Source of the DNA: Gammaproteobacteria bacterium
GTDB taxonomy: Bacteria > Pseudomonadota > Gammaproteobacteria > Tethybacterales > Persebacteraceae
Assembly (NCBI GenBank): GCA_965243565.1
Contig: OZ251571.1
Location: forward strand, 321,523-385,522
Reading direction: 5' to 3'
Length of the DNA: 64,000 nt
Shown: in pieces, positions 48,761 through 59,344 of the stretch
Layout of the letters: the number at the start of each line of letters is the position of its first letter
Numbering within the stretch: position 1 is the stretch's first letter
The notes under the pieces: model-generated
Told to the model about the DNA's origin: nothing
Databases searched by the model: none
What the model saw: the letters and a program-made list of their open reading frames with translations, nothing else
Made by a program: the position numbers and the translations under genes

Positions 48761-50050
48761 TTAATATCGGTAGTGATCAGGTTTATAAGGACCATTGATA
48801 TCCACACCAATATAATTGGCTTGATCTTCGGTAAGTGTTGTGAGGTTGACACCAAGGTGTTGTAGGTGCAAGCGTGCAACCCACTCGTCTAACCGTTTGG
48901 GCAATACATGCACGCCAACGGCATAATTATTGGCATGGTCAAATAATTCAATTTGCGCTAATACTTGGTTGGTAAAAGAGGTGGACATGACAAAGCTGGA
49001 ATGCCCTGTTGCACAACTTAAATTTACCAATCGTCCTTCTGCTAAAAGGATAATGCGTTTTCCATCCGGAAAAATAATATGATCGACTTGCGGTTTAATC
49101 GATTCCCATTGGCACTCAGAACGAAGAGTGGCGACATCAATTTCGGAATCAAAGTGGCCAATGTTGCATAAAATGGCATCTTCTTTCATTTGGCGCATGT
49201 GTTCAATGGTAATAATATCTTTGTTGCCTGTGGCAGTAACAAAGATATTGGCAACGCCAGCGACGGCTTTCATATCAACTACACGATAACCTTCCATGGC
49301 GGCTTGTAGTGCACAAATCGGATCAATTTCGGTAATCCATACGGTAGCACCCAAATTGGCAAGTGCATCCGCACAGCCTTTACCGACATCGCCATAGCCA
49401 CAAACCACGGCAATTTTGCCAGCTATCATTACATCGGTAGCCCGTTTAATGCCGTCCACTAGGGATTCACGACAACCATACAGATTATCAAATTTTGATT
49501 TGGTGACGGAATCATTCACGTTAATGGTGGGGCATTTAAGCGTGTTTTTTTTGTGCATGTCGTACAAACGTGCGACCCCTGTGGTGGTTTCTTCAGAGAT
49601 GCCGTAAAAGTCATCAAAAATAGCTGAATACTTTTGATGGGCTAGTTCGGTGGCATCACCGCCATCATCCAATATTAAATTGGGCTGCCAGTCATCGGGA
49701 CCAGTAAACGTTTTTTCAAGACATTGCCAGTACTCTTCTTCGGTTTCGTTTTTCCACGCAAAAACAGGAATGCCCGTAGCCGCAATAGCTGCCGCTGCAT
49801 GATCTTGTGTCGAAAAAATATTACACGACGACCAGCGAACAGTGGCGCCCAAAGCCGTTAGTGTTTCGATAAGTACCGCTGTTTGTAATGTCATGTGTAA
49901 ACAGCCGAGAATACGAGCACCTTTTAGCGGTTGATTGGGACCGAGCTCTTTACGCAATGCCATGAGCCCCGGCATTTCGCGTTCAGCAATAAAAATTTCT
50001 TTTCTGCCCCATTCGGCCAAAGATATGTCAGCAACTTGATAGTCGTTCAC
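48761..50050 (-). CDS. ahcY: Adenosylhomocysteinase.
   Basis: '[15 protein letters not shown]' and NAD-binding '[13 protein letters not shown]'. 429 aa. Confidence 0.95.
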   Translation of the reverse strand: MNDYQVADISLAEWGRKEIFIAEREMPGLMALRKELGPNQPLKGARILGCLHMTLQTAVLIETLTALGATVRWSSCNIFSTQDHAAAAIAATGIPVFAWKNETEEEYWQCLEKTFTGPDDWQPNLILDDGGDATELAHQKYSAIFDDFYGISEETTTGVARLYDMHKKNTLKCPTINVNDSVTKSKFDNLYGCRESLVDGIKRATDVMIAGKIAVVCGYGDVGKGCADALANLGATVWITEIDPICALQAAMEGYRVVDMKAVAGVANIFVTATGNKDIITIEHMRQMKEDAILCNIGHFDSEIDVATLRSECQWESIKPQVDHIIFPDGKRIILLAEGRLVNLSCATGHSSFVMSTSFTNQVLAQIELFDHANNYAVGVHVLPKRLDEWVARLHLQHLGVNLTTLTEDQANYIGVDINGPYKPDHYRY

Positions 50051-50068
50051 AGTTATTTACTTTTTCGT

Positions 50069-50515
50069 TTAAAAAGGGATATCGTCATCGTCCATACCTC
50101 CAAAATTACTCATATCGTCGCTGTAGGTACTACTTTTTTCTTCGGTTTTGGTGGTAGCGACTTTGCCAGAACTATTTGGATTTCCTAAAAAGGAAAATTC
50201 GCGTCCTCGAATTTCGGTGGTATATCGATCAATATTTTCTTTGTCTTTCCATTTGCGCGTGCGCAATGTTCCTTCGATATAAATCTTTCCACCTTTCTGA
50301 CCGTACTGGTTAATAATTTCCGCTTGCCGCCCAAAAAATGTCACGCGATGCCACTGCGTATCCTCTGTTTTTGCATTGGTATTTTTATCGGTCCATACCT
50401 CGGTGGTCGCAACGCTAAAATTAGCAACTGAGATGCCTGTGGGTAGGGTGCGGAGCTCGGGATTTCCTCCCAAATTTCCTATGATCATAACTTTATTTAA
50501 AGATCCGTTTGCCAT
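50069..50515 (-). CDS. ssb: Single-stranded DNA-binding protein.
   Basis: OB-fold 'LNKVMIIGNLGGNPELR' and the acidic C-terminal tail 'DDDIPF'. Confidence 0.95.
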   Translation of the reverse strand: MANGSLNKVMIIGNLGGNPELRTLPTGISVANFSVATTEVWTDKNTNAKTEDTQWHRVTFFGRQAEIINQYGQKGGKIYIEGTLRTRKWKDKENIDRYTTEIRGREFSFLGNPNSSGKVATTKTEEKSSTYSDDMSNFGGMDDDDIPF

Positions 50516-50544
50516 GTCTTATTTACCTTTCTGTTTGACTTTCA

Positions 50545-51687
50545 CTATAATGTTTTATTGTATTGTTTGTTTTTTAGTTCTGTAATTATTAGTATTAATA
50601 ACAAACCAAAAACAATCATTAAGCTCATTTTACTACTCATTGTGTGTTGTAAGAACCCCGAAACTAATCCACCTGCAAAAATTCCTAAAAATTCGGAGGT
50701 TAAAAGTGTGCCAATGGCCATGCCGCGTAGGCTGGGAGTGCTTATTTTAGCCACTTGTACTGGTAATAGTGCTTCAACAACGACAAATCCAGCAAAAAAT
50801 AAAAATAATGTAAAAATACTTATTGTTATACTGTTTTCAAAAAACATACCGCTGGTGCCTAATATTAGCAACACGAAAGAGAGTAAAAAAACATGTTGAT
50901 TAGGAGGCCTTTGCATGAGCATTGGCATTGCCAAAACCAGCGATAAAAAGAAGCCACTAGAAAATACTTTCCAATGTTCATCACTTGGTATGGTGGTAGT
51001 TAGCCATAGTGGAAATAGCAAAAAGAGGCTTGATAATGCATAATGCAACACAAAGCCACTCAATACGATTTGTTTAAATTTTTTATTTTGCATTAACTGG
51101 CTAAACTCGCCAGAGGGTGCTTGTGTCGGTTGTGGTGAGGGTAAACCCAACACCAATAAAATTGAAATACCACCAAAAAATGTGCTTAAGATAAAAAATC
51201 CAGATAAATTAATCCATTGAATTAATACAGGGGAAATAATAAGTGATAAGGCAAAGGCAATGCCGATGGATGCGCCAAAAAACGCCATGAATTTGGGGCG
51301 TTTTTTTTCTTCTGTAATATCGCTTATCCATGCCACAATGACGGTTGAAGCCGCCCCACACCCTTGTAAAATACGACCGATTATTAATACGATAATGTTA
51401 TCGGTAATGCCTGCGAGTAGACTGCCGGCGGTGAATAATCCCAACGCCAAAAAAAGCGTTTTTTTTCTGCCCCATTTATCTGCCAACAACCCAATGGGAA
51501 TCTGCATTAAAGCTTGTGTAATACCATATCCGCCCAATGCTAATCCAACCAATATCCCATTGCTTTCTTTCATTGCCATTGCCGATAAGGATATAATCGG
51601 CAATATGAGGAATATTCCCAACATTCGCAAAAAAGAAATGCCAATTAATGTGGTTAATTGTTGTATTAAGCTTGTAAAATGAAACAT
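50545..51687 (-). CDS. MFS transporter.
   Basis: About 12 hydrophobic helices. MFS loop motif 'GLLADKWGRKK'. Confidence 0.7.
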   Translation of the reverse strand: MFHFTSLIQQLTTLIGISFLRMLGIFLILPIISLSAMAMKESNGILVGLALGGYGITQALMQIPIGLLADKWGRKKTLFLALGLFTAGSLLAGITDNIIVLIIGRILQGCGAASTVIVAWISDITEEKKRPKFMAFFGASIGIAFALSLIISPVLIQWINLSGFFILSTFFGGISILLVLGLPSPQPTQAPSGEFSQLMQNKKFKQIVLSGFVLHYALSSLFLLFPLWLTTTIPSDEHWKVFSSGFFLSLVLAMPMLMQRPPNQHVFLLSFVLLILGTSGMFFENSITISIFTLFLFFAGFVVVEALLPVQVAKISTPSLRGMAIGTLLTSEFLGIFAGGLVSGFLQHTMSSKMSLMIVFGLLLILIITELKNKQYNKTL

Positions 51688-51776
51688 AAGATGAGTAGCA
51701 AAAAAAACACCTCATTATATGGGTAATTTTCTGAATTACTAAAAAGTAAAACTTCCATTTATCATATAAAGCAATT

Positions 51777-53660
51777 GTGCGATCACTCTTATTTTTATTT
51801 TTAATTGTGCCATTTTTAATTATACCTGTTTCGACAGCGGCTATTAGTGACGACAAAAGTTTAAAGCGGCTAGAAAAATACTTTAATCAAGACAATCGCA
51901 CCAAATTTGCAATAGAAAGAAAAAAATTATCTGCGGATAATATTTATCGTCCGTTGATTGAATATTGGCAAGCGCGATTAAACTTGCGAAGAAACAGTAC
52001 GGATGCAATGGAGCGGTATATTCTGTTTACGTCATCTGCGTATTTTCGCAATCAATCCCAAAAAGCATTGGTGCGTTATGGGCTTGATAAAAAGCAATGG
52101 TCTTTGTTTCAGAAACATCTAACCGATGACCAAGTCTGCGCGACTTTATATAATCGATTAATCTTACAACAAAAAAAAGACAGCGTTCAGGCACTGCGTG
52201 AGCAATGGAAGCAAGATGTTAAAATGAATAACAGGGTTTGTACGACATTATATAAAGCGAGTTTTGGCAAGCGATATTTAAGTAAAAATGATGTTTGGAT
52301 AAAAATTCGTCAAATAGCAGGCTCTCATTCACTGTCATCGGCACGGCGCTTGTTATCGGTATTTCCCGGCTTTATTCGTTATAGCAATGTTCGAAAAGTT
52401 GTTCGTCGAGCAACCCGTTATATTAGCGGAAAGCACGGTTTAAAAGGGCGTGCCAATCGAGAGTTGGTGATGATTGCGGCGATGGTTGCTGTGCGGCAAA
52501 ATCCTAAAACAGCGATTCGGCGATGGGCTCTATTTTCCGGTTATTTTTCAGAAGAAGAAAACGATCACGTGTGGAGTGTGCTGGGAGAATGGGCGGCGCG
52601 TTGGCATCGGTCGGATGCGGTTGATCTGCTAGAAAGAACCAGCGGTGATTATTTTACTGATAGCACCCGTGCTTGGTATTTACGTGCGTCATTAAAAAAA
52701 GAGCGTTACCCATTGATTATAGAAATATTTAATTTAATGTCAGCAGAAGAGCAATCAATATCGGCATGGCGTTATTGGCGGACAGTTGCACTAGAACGCA
52801 CTGGACACACCGCTCAAGCGTTGAAATACTACAGAGCATTGGCAAAAGATACGGATGATTACTACGGGTTGTTGGCGCGTGAAAAGAGTGGCATGCCGTT
52901 GGTTGATACGGGAAAAAAATTATCAATATCAACTACCTCCGTAGACAAAGATTTTTTATTGGCATTGGCATTGCATAAAAATAAATACAAAACACTCGCC
53001 CGAAACATTTGGCGTTATGGTATTAAACGCACTGACCTTAGCGATAAGCAACGAATAGCCGCAGCGCAGGCAGCCAGTAATAGGAAGTGGTATTTGGGAG
53101 CGATAGAAATGGCAAACTCTGTCAATAATGCCGATGCCCATGCTTTGCGTTACCCCACGCCGTATTATCCTAACATCAATAAATATGCTAAGCAATTTTT
53201 GCTGGATGTCGCTTTTGTTTATGGATTAATGCGCCAAGAAAGTCGATTCATGAAAAATATTGTATCTTCTGCTGGAGCACAAGGGTTAATGCAGGTAATG
53301 CCACGAACTGCACTCACTGTCGCCCGTAAACATCGTTATAGTCGGTATCATAAATCTCGGTTAAAGCGTGTTAATACCAACCTTATTATTGGCACAACAT
53401 ACTTAACCATGCTAACCAAACAAGTGGGAGATATACCCAGTAAAATTGCTGCTGGTTATAATGCTGGGCCCGGACGCGCCAAACGTTGGTTTAAAAATAC
53501 AAATGATTTACTCATTACCATTGAAAATATTCCCATTACCGAAACTCGTTTATATGTCAAATATGTATTGGCAAATCGTGCGCATTATCAGGCACGTTTG
53601 CAAACACCACCTAAATCGATGAAAAAAATTATTCAAAAACCCATTATAATAGGTTTATAG
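51777..53660 (+). CDS. slt: Soluble lytic murein transglycosylase (Slt70 family).
   Basis: Signal peptide, a superhelical N-domain, and the catalytic 'ESRFMKNIVSSAGAQGLMQVMP' motif. Confidence 0.85.
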   Translation: MRSLLFLFLIVPFLIIPVSTAAISDDKSLKRLEKYFNQDNRTKFAIERKKLSADNIYRPLIEYWQARLNLRRNSTDAMERYILFTSSAYFRNQSQKALVRYGLDKKQWSLFQKHLTDDQVCATLYNRLILQQKKDSVQALREQWKQDVKMNNRVCTTLYKASFGKRYLSKNDVWIKIRQIAGSHSLSSARRLLSVFPGFIRYSNVRKVVRRATRYISGKHGLKGRANRELVMIAAMVAVRQNPKTAIRRWALFSGYFSEEENDHVWSVLGEWAARWHRSDAVDLLERTSGDYFTDSTRAWYLRASLKKERYPLIIEIFNLMSAEEQSISAWRYWRTVALERTGHTAQALKYYRALAKDTDDYYGLLAREKSGMPLVDTGKKLSISTTSVDKDFLLALALHKNKYKTLARNIWRYGIKRTDLSDKQRIAAAQAASNRKWYLGAIEMANSVNNADAHALRYPTPYYPNINKYAKQFLLDVAFVYGLMRQESRFMKNIVSSAGAQGLMQVMPRTALTVARKHRYSRYHKSRLKRVNTNLIIGTTYLTMLTKQVGDIPSKIAAGYNAGPGRAKRWFKNTNDLLITIENIPITETRLYVKYVLANRAHYQARLQTPPKSMKKIIQKPIIIGL

Positions 53661-53682
53661 GCTAGGACAAAAATTAACCATT

Positions 53683-56379
53683 ATGAAAACCGCCGCTATT
53701 CGCCAAAAATTTATAGAATTTTTTGAACATAAAAATCATACGATGGTTGCCTCATCGTCATTGGTGCCGAGCAATGATCCGACATTGTTATTCACCAACT
53801 CGGGGATGGTACAATTTAAAGATGTATTTCTTGGCTTTGACAAGCGACCTTACGACAAAGCAGTAACTGTTCAGCGTTGTTTGCGAGCTGGGGGCAAGCA
53901 CAATGACCTAGAAAATGTTGGTTATACCGCTCGTCATCATACTTTTTTTGAAATGTTGGGCAATTTTTCTTTTGGTGATTATTTTAAAGAAAATGCCATT
54001 GATTATGCATGGGAATTTTTAACCGCACCTCAATGGTTGGGGTTAAAAAAAGAACATTTATGGGTTACTGTTTTTGGTGGCGGTCATTTGTTTGGGGATG
54101 AAGCACCAGCAGTGCCCATCGATGAGGAATCGATTCGCCAATGGCAAAAGGTATTAATGGCAGCGGGATTCACCGAAGAAGAAGCAACAAAGAGAATCAC
54201 GCGGATAGAATCGTCTGATAATTTTTGGATGATGGGTGATACTGGCCCTTGTGGCCCTTGTTCAGAAATATTTTATGACAGAGATGCCAATAGTCAGCGG
54301 TTTCGTGGAGAAGATCCAGAACATGGTGATGATTGTGTTGAAGTTTGGAATCTCGTTTTTATGCAGTACAATCGCAACGAAAAAGGTGAGATGATACCAT
54401 TGCCTAAGCCTTGTGTGGATACGGGGATGGGCTTGGAAAGAATTAGTGCGGTCATGCAAGGCGTTGCTAGTAACTATGATATTGATTTATTCCAGCAATT
54501 GCTTTCAGCCGTGCAAGTAACATTGCAAACACCAGTAGCGGACGGTTTTTTACCATCACATTACGTCATTGCCGACCATATACGAGCGGCGGCTTTTATG
54601 ATTGCTGATGGTATTTTTCCTTCCAACGAAGGACGAGGCTATGTACTACGGCGCATTATTCGCCGTGCATTGCGTCATATTCATTACTTAAATTCACAAT
54701 TGAATGAGGCGAGTTTTTATCAGTTGGCAATGCCATTGACATCAATAATGGCAGATGCATTCCCTATTTTAAATGATAAAAAAGCAGACATTGAAAAGTG
54801 GCTACAGCAAGAAGAAAACGGTTTTTCACATTTGTTAAAGAACGGCATTGTACTATTGGATAAAACGATTCAAACCATCGAATCCTCTGGCAGTTCACGT
54901 GTGTTAACGGGTGATATTATTTTTAAACTCTACGATACATTTGGCTTTCCACCAGATATGACTGCCAATATTGCCAAAGAAAGCAATCTAAAATTTGACA
55001 ATGACGGGTACGAACAATGCATGCAACAACAACGCGCTCGTTCTAAAGCAGCAGCAAATTTTAGTGCGATACAAAAGACAGTTGATTACAACAATAAAGC
55101 CACCGAATTTGTTGGCTATCAGTTGACAGAAGCAGAATCCACAGTGCTTGCCATCTATGTAGATGGTGAAACAGTCACGTCGGTTAGTGGTATTACGGAC
55201 GCATTCATCATTTTAAATCGCACTCCTTTTTATGCCGAATCAGGCGGTCAAATCGGTGATCGAGGCAGGCTAGATCTACGCGATGGCACATTCGTTGAAG
55301 TCACCGATACCCAAAAATTGCGTGCAGACGTATGGCAGCACGCTATTCGAGTTAAACAGACGACCATTGCGGTGGGTGATTCGTTGTATTGTCGCATTGA
55401 TGGCATTAACAGACAAAAAAATGCGCGTGCTCATTCGGCAGCACATTTATTGCATGCGGCATTAAGGCAAGAATTAGGAATGCATGTTGAACAACGAGGT
55501 TCTTATGTATCATCTGATGCATTGCGTTTTGATTTTTCTCACCATCAAGCCGTTACCAGCGATGAGTTAAAACGCATCGAATCGATTGTCAATAACAAAA
55601 TCATTGAAAACAATATTGTTGACACTACTGTCATGGCGTATGATGATGCCTTAAAAAAAGGAGCAATGGCATTATTTGGCGAAAAATATGGGGATGTTGT
55701 CCGTGTTGTTACGATAGATCCTGTTTTTTCTGTCGAACTCTGTGGTGGCACTCACGTTACTCAAACGGGCAATATCGGTCTATTGAGTATTGTGGGAGAA
55801 TCAGCGATTGCTTCTGGTATTCGTCGTATTGAATCTGTTACTGCTGAAAAAGCGATTCAATTACATCAATCTCGCAATGAAACCTTAAACGAGATGAGAA
55901 CATTACTAAAAACGCCTGTTAACTATTTGCCCGAAAAAGTTGTACAGATGCGACAAACCATTAAAGAAGGTGAAAAACAAATCACAAAATTACAAACCGA
56001 AAGAAGCAAAGCGATTGCCGACTCCCTTATTAGCCGTGCTGTAACGATGGGCGATACAAAAGTACTAATTCAGTCGGTCAAAAATATTGACGAAAAATTA
56101 CTCAGAGATTTGGCAAAACAGTTATGCGGTCAATTATCGCCTAAAGCCGCTGTATTACTTGTAACAGAAAGTAACAACAATGCTTTTTATATTGGACTGT
56201 CTAGTAAAAATTCAAACATTGATGTCAGTGAGTGGTTACAGGCAATACAGTCTGTCAGTGGGGCCAATGGTGGTGGGAAAAATAATTTTGCGCAAGCAGG
56301 AGGGGGCAATGTCACTCAGATAGATGCTACTTTAAAATTGGCAAAATCCATACTCCAAGAACAGTTAAACACAAATTAA
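53683..56379 (+). CDS. alaS: Alanine--tRNA ligase.
   Basis: Class II core 'FTNSGMVQFK', editing-domain Zn motif 'HSAAHLLHAAL', C-terminal DHHA1 region. Confidence 0.95.
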   Translation: MKTAAIRQKFIEFFEHKNHTMVASSSLVPSNDPTLLFTNSGMVQFKDVFLGFDKRPYDKAVTVQRCLRAGGKHNDLENVGYTARHHTFFEMLGNFSFGDYFKENAIDYAWEFLTAPQWLGLKKEHLWVTVFGGGHLFGDEAPAVPIDEESIRQWQKVLMAAGFTEEEATKRITRIESSDNFWMMGDTGPCGPCSEIFYDRDANSQRFRGEDPEHGDDCVEVWNLVFMQYNRNEKGEMIPLPKPCVDTGMGLERISAVMQGVASNYDIDLFQQLLSAVQVTLQTPVADGFLPSHYVIADHIRAAAFMIADGIFPSNEGRGYVLRRIIRRALRHIHYLNSQLNEASFYQLAMPLTSIMADAFPILNDKKADIEKWLQQEENGFSHLLKNGIVLLDKTIQTIESSGSSRVLTGDIIFKLYDTFGFPPDMTANIAKESNLKFDNDGYEQCMQQQRARSKAAANFSAIQKTVDYNNKATEFVGYQLTEAESTVLAIYVDGETVTSVSGITDAFIILNRTPFYAESGGQIGDRGRLDLRDGTFVEVTDTQKLRADVWQHAIRVKQTTIAVGDSLYCRIDGINRQKNARAHSAAHLLHAALRQELGMHVEQRGSYVSSDALRFDFSHHQAVTSDELKRIESIVNNKIIENNIVDTTVMAYDDALKKGAMALFGEKYGDVVRVVTIDPVFSVELCGGTHVTQTGNIGLLSIVGESAIASGIRRIESVTAEKAIQLHQSRNETLNEMRTLLKTPVNYLPEKVVQMRQTIKEGEKQITKLQTERSKAIADSLISRAVTMGDTKVLIQSVKNIDEKLLRDLAKQLCGQLSPKAAVLLVTESNNNAFYIGLSSKNSNIDVSEWLQAIQSVSGANGGGKNNFAQAGGGNVTQIDATLKLAKSILQEQLNTN

Positions 56380-56496
56380 TAAAGCGAGCGGGACAATGAT
56401 CACAGACATTATGGTAAATTTTTAACAAAAAACAATGGCAATTTATTGTACAATCCGTTTTCTTTAATATTTATTTATACAAATGAAAAATACACA

Positions 56497-57000
56497 ATGA
56501 CAGATAATAAAAAACCCATAGTGGGTATTTGGATGGGAAGTGCTAATGATTGGAATATCATGCAACAGTCCGCTAAAATTTTGGAAGAATTTGGCGTCGC
56601 TTATGAGGTTAAAGTAATCTCTGCCCATCGAACGCCTGATTTATTTTTTCAAGAAGCACAGACACTAGAAGATCGTGGCTTTAAAATAATGATCGGTGGT
56701 GCTGGTGCTGCGGCACATTTGCCGGGCGTATTGGCAGCAAAAACAACTATTCCGGTGCTTGGTGTGCCGATTAATGCCACCGCTTTGGCTGGGGTGGATT
56801 CGCTTTATGCGATTGTGCAAATGCCGCAAGGTATTCCTGTTGCAACATTTGCCATTGGTAAGGCAGGGGCTGCCAATGCCGCATTATTTGCTGTGGCAAT
56901 GCTAGCGACTACCAATGATGTGTTGAGTGAAAAACTCAAAGCGTTTCGTGCCAAGCAGGCAGAAAAAATTAAAAACACCCCCCCTCCTCAATTGTCATGA
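56497..57000 (+). CDS. purE: N5-carboxyaminoimidazole ribonucleotide mutase.
   Basis: 'PIVGIWMGSANDW' PurE N-terminal motif; the start is taken at 'MTDNKK' inside the longer ORF. 'GGAGAAAHLPG' motif. Confidence 0.9.
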   Translation: MTDNKKPIVGIWMGSANDWNIMQQSAKILEEFGVAYEVKVISAHRTPDLFFQEAQTLEDRGFKIMIGGAGAAAHLPGVLAAKTTIPVLGVPINATALAGVDSLYAIVQMPQGIPVATFAIGKAGAANAALFAVAMLATTNDVLSEKLKAFRAKQAEKIKNTPPPQLS

Positions 57001-57878
57001 ACGCCTTGCATAAAAGTAATCTTGAATCATTACGGCTTTTGTCCCGTGGCAAAGTCCGTGATCTTTATGAGGTAGATGAAAACCGCTTACTGATTGTCCA
57101 AAGCGATAGAATATCCGCTTTTGATGTCATTATGAATGAGGCAATCCCTCATAAAGGGGAGATATTAACCGAAATGTCAGCGTGGTGGTTTGACAAATTA
57201 CAGCCTATTATCCGCCATCATTTATTGCTTGATTCCATCGACGAAGTGCTTTCAAACGAGCAAGACAAACAACAAGTGATGAACCGATCGATGTTGGTTA
57301 GGCGATTAAAACCATTGCCTATTGAAGCAGTTTGTCGTGGCTACATCATCGGCAGTGGCTGGAAGGATTATCGTGCTACTGGTAAAGTGTGTGGAATAGA
57401 ATTACCCGCTGGTTTACAACTGGCATCGCAGTTGCCAGAAGTTATTTTCACCCCTGCCACCAAAGCCGACCAAGGAGAGCACGACGAGAACATTTCATTT
57501 GAACAAATGACAAACATTGTTGGCTTAGAAACAGCGACAAAAGTTCGTGATGCCAGTATTCGTTTGTACCAATCAGCAGCTCAAATGAGCTTAGAAAAAG
57601 GCATTATTATCGCTGATACCAAATTTGAATTTGCATTGGACGATGACGGTAATTTGATTCTAATTGATGAAGTTTTAACGCCAGATTCATCACGTTACTG
57701 GGTCGCAAGTAGTTGGGAGGCAGGCAAAAACCCGATTAATTTTGATAAACAAATTTTGCGTGATTGGCTAGAAACAACAGAGTGGAACAAACAAACACCA
57801 CCACCGACCATACCAACCAAAGTGATTGAACAAACGACCTCGAAGTATTTAGAGATTCGGGATATTATGTTGCGATAA
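56997..57878 (+). CDS. purC: Phosphoribosylaminoimidazole-succinocarboxamide synthase.
   Basis: 'LLSRGKVRDLYEVD' and 'IIADTKFEF' SAICAR synthetase motifs. Start overlaps the purE stop. Confidence 0.9.
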   Translation: MNALHKSNLESLRLLSRGKVRDLYEVDENRLLIVQSDRISAFDVIMNEAIPHKGEILTEMSAWWFDKLQPIIRHHLLLDSIDEVLSNEQDKQQVMNRSMLVRRLKPLPIEAVCRGYIIGSGWKDYRATGKVCGIELPAGLQLASQLPEVIFTPATKADQGEHDENISFEQMTNIVGLETATKVRDASIRLYQSAAQMSLEKGIIIADTKFEFALDDDGNLILIDEVLTPDSSRYWVASSWEAGKNPINFDKQILRDWLETTEWNKQTPPPTIPTKVIEQTTSKYLEIRDIMLR

Positions 57879-57895
57879 TTTTTTTATAAAGAAAA

Positions 57896-58546
57896 TTAAT
57901 TTTGTATAGTTTTCTTTAATTTGATGTTAAATATAGTCGCTGCATTTATCATTTCCTTGTTATCAATTTTATTATTGTCATCGAGATCAAGCACTTTTTT
58001 GAGTTCAATTGGAGAAATTTCGTTGCGTAATAATTTGACATATTCGGAATGATTAAGCGAAGAATCATTGTTGAAATCATATTTTGTAAAATTTTCAACA
58101 ATGGTTTGATGATGAAATGTCCAAAATTCAGCCATTGAAACTCTACTGTCTTTATCGATGTCTACGGTGATAAACTCAAAACGACTGATATTCATTTCTT
58201 CTCGTGAAAGCCAATTGTTTTTATCCTTGTCATTTGTATCAAAATTTAACTCTTTGAGTGCCAGTTTTTTACCCGTTAAATACCGTTTTTTTGTGATGAC
58301 GGCGTTGCTATCAAATACATTGCTATCGGTATAGATTTTAAATTTTGTTTCAACGGCATCGTCATACGCTTTAAATATTGCATTGGAATCAGTGGCATTG
58401 CCATCAAATTTTTCTTGCTCAATAAGGCGTGTTGCTGCACGACCGATAGGCTCGCCTGGAGATATTTTTACTATAGTTGGAGCGTAATGGTAATAAACGG
58501 CTGGAAACAATACAGCCAATACAACCAATAATATTTTAATGAGCAT
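57896..58546 (-). CDS. Membrane-anchored or secreted protein with three EF-hand-like Ca2+-binding loops. The longer ORF call runs to 58678.
   Basis: Hydrophobic N-terminus 'MLIKILLVVLAVLFPAVYY'. 12-residue loops 'DIDKDSRVSMAEF', 'DFNNDSSLNHSEY' and 'DLDDNNKIDNKEM' with D1/D3/D5/E12 spacing. Confidence 0.5.
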   Translation of the reverse strand: MLIKILLVVLAVLFPAVYYHYAPTIVKISPGEPIGRAATRLIEQEKFDGNATDSNAIFKAYDDAVETKFKIYTDSNVFDSNAVITKKRYLTGKKLALKELNFDTNDKDKNNWLSREEMNISRFEFITVDIDKDSRVSMAEFWTFHHQTIVENFTKYDFNNDSSLNHSEYVKLLRNEISPIELKKVLDLDDNNKIDNKEMINAATIFNIKLKKTIQN

Positions 58547-58705
58547 AAGGCTTATTCTACCGAAACTATGTGTCTTAGTCAATCCACAGTTGAAATACCG
58601 TACGCCCGATATAGCAAGCGGTGGCTTTTGATGTCTAGTATTACGGTATAATAGTTGATAATTAACGAAAAAATGCACAGATAAAACGAAAAACAGGAGA
58701 AAAAA

Positions 58706-59326
58706 ATGAGTTTTGAATTTAACGAATTACCTTATTCATATGATGCCTTAGAACCCCATATTGACGCAATGACAATGGAGATTCATCATAGCAAACACCA
58801 CCGCACCTACTATGACAAAATGCAAGCAGCACTCGAAAACAGTGAAGCCGCCAGTATGTCTATGGAAAGATTATTAGGCAGTATTTCTACCTTGGGCGTT
58901 GGTATTCGTAATAATGCAGGCGGTTTTTATAATCACAATGTTTATTGGAACAGCATGTCGCCCAATGGCGGTGGTAATCCAGTAGGAACACTTGCCAATG
59001 AAATCAATCGAATTTTTAATAGTATGGATGAATTAAAAGAATCAATGAGTAATGCTAGTATCGGGCGTTTTGGTTCTGGATTTTCTTGGTTAATCGTACA
59101 AAATAACAAACTCAAAGTCGTATCTACTCCCAATCAAGACAATCCTTTGATGGATGTTGTGCCTGAAGAATCACAAGGTACGCCGGTTATTGCACTTGAT
59201 GTATGGGAGCATGCCTATTACTTAAAATATCAAAACCGCCGCCCCGATTACATTAAAGCATTTTGGCAGGTGATTGACTGGACAGCAGCCAATCAGCGGT
59301 TTGAAGCAATAATGGACAGTCAGTAA
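58706..59326 (+). CDS. sodA: Fe/Mn-family superoxide dismutase with Mn-type signature residues.
   Basis: 'HHSKHH', 'DVWEHAYY', and the Mn-type 'GG..NH' and 'PNQD' motifs rather than the Fe-type 'AAQ'. Confidence 0.7.
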   Translation: MSFEFNELPYSYDALEPHIDAMTMEIHHSKHHRTYYDKMQAALENSEAASMSMERLLGSISTLGVGIRNNAGGFYNHNVYWNSMSPNGGGNPVGTLANEINRIFNSMDELKESMSNASIGRFGSGFSWLIVQNNKLKVVSTPNQDNPLMDVVPEESQGTPVIALDVWEHAYYLKYQNRRPDYIKAFWQVIDWTAANQRFEAIMDSQ

Positions 59327-59344
59327 AAATTATACTATTTTTAT

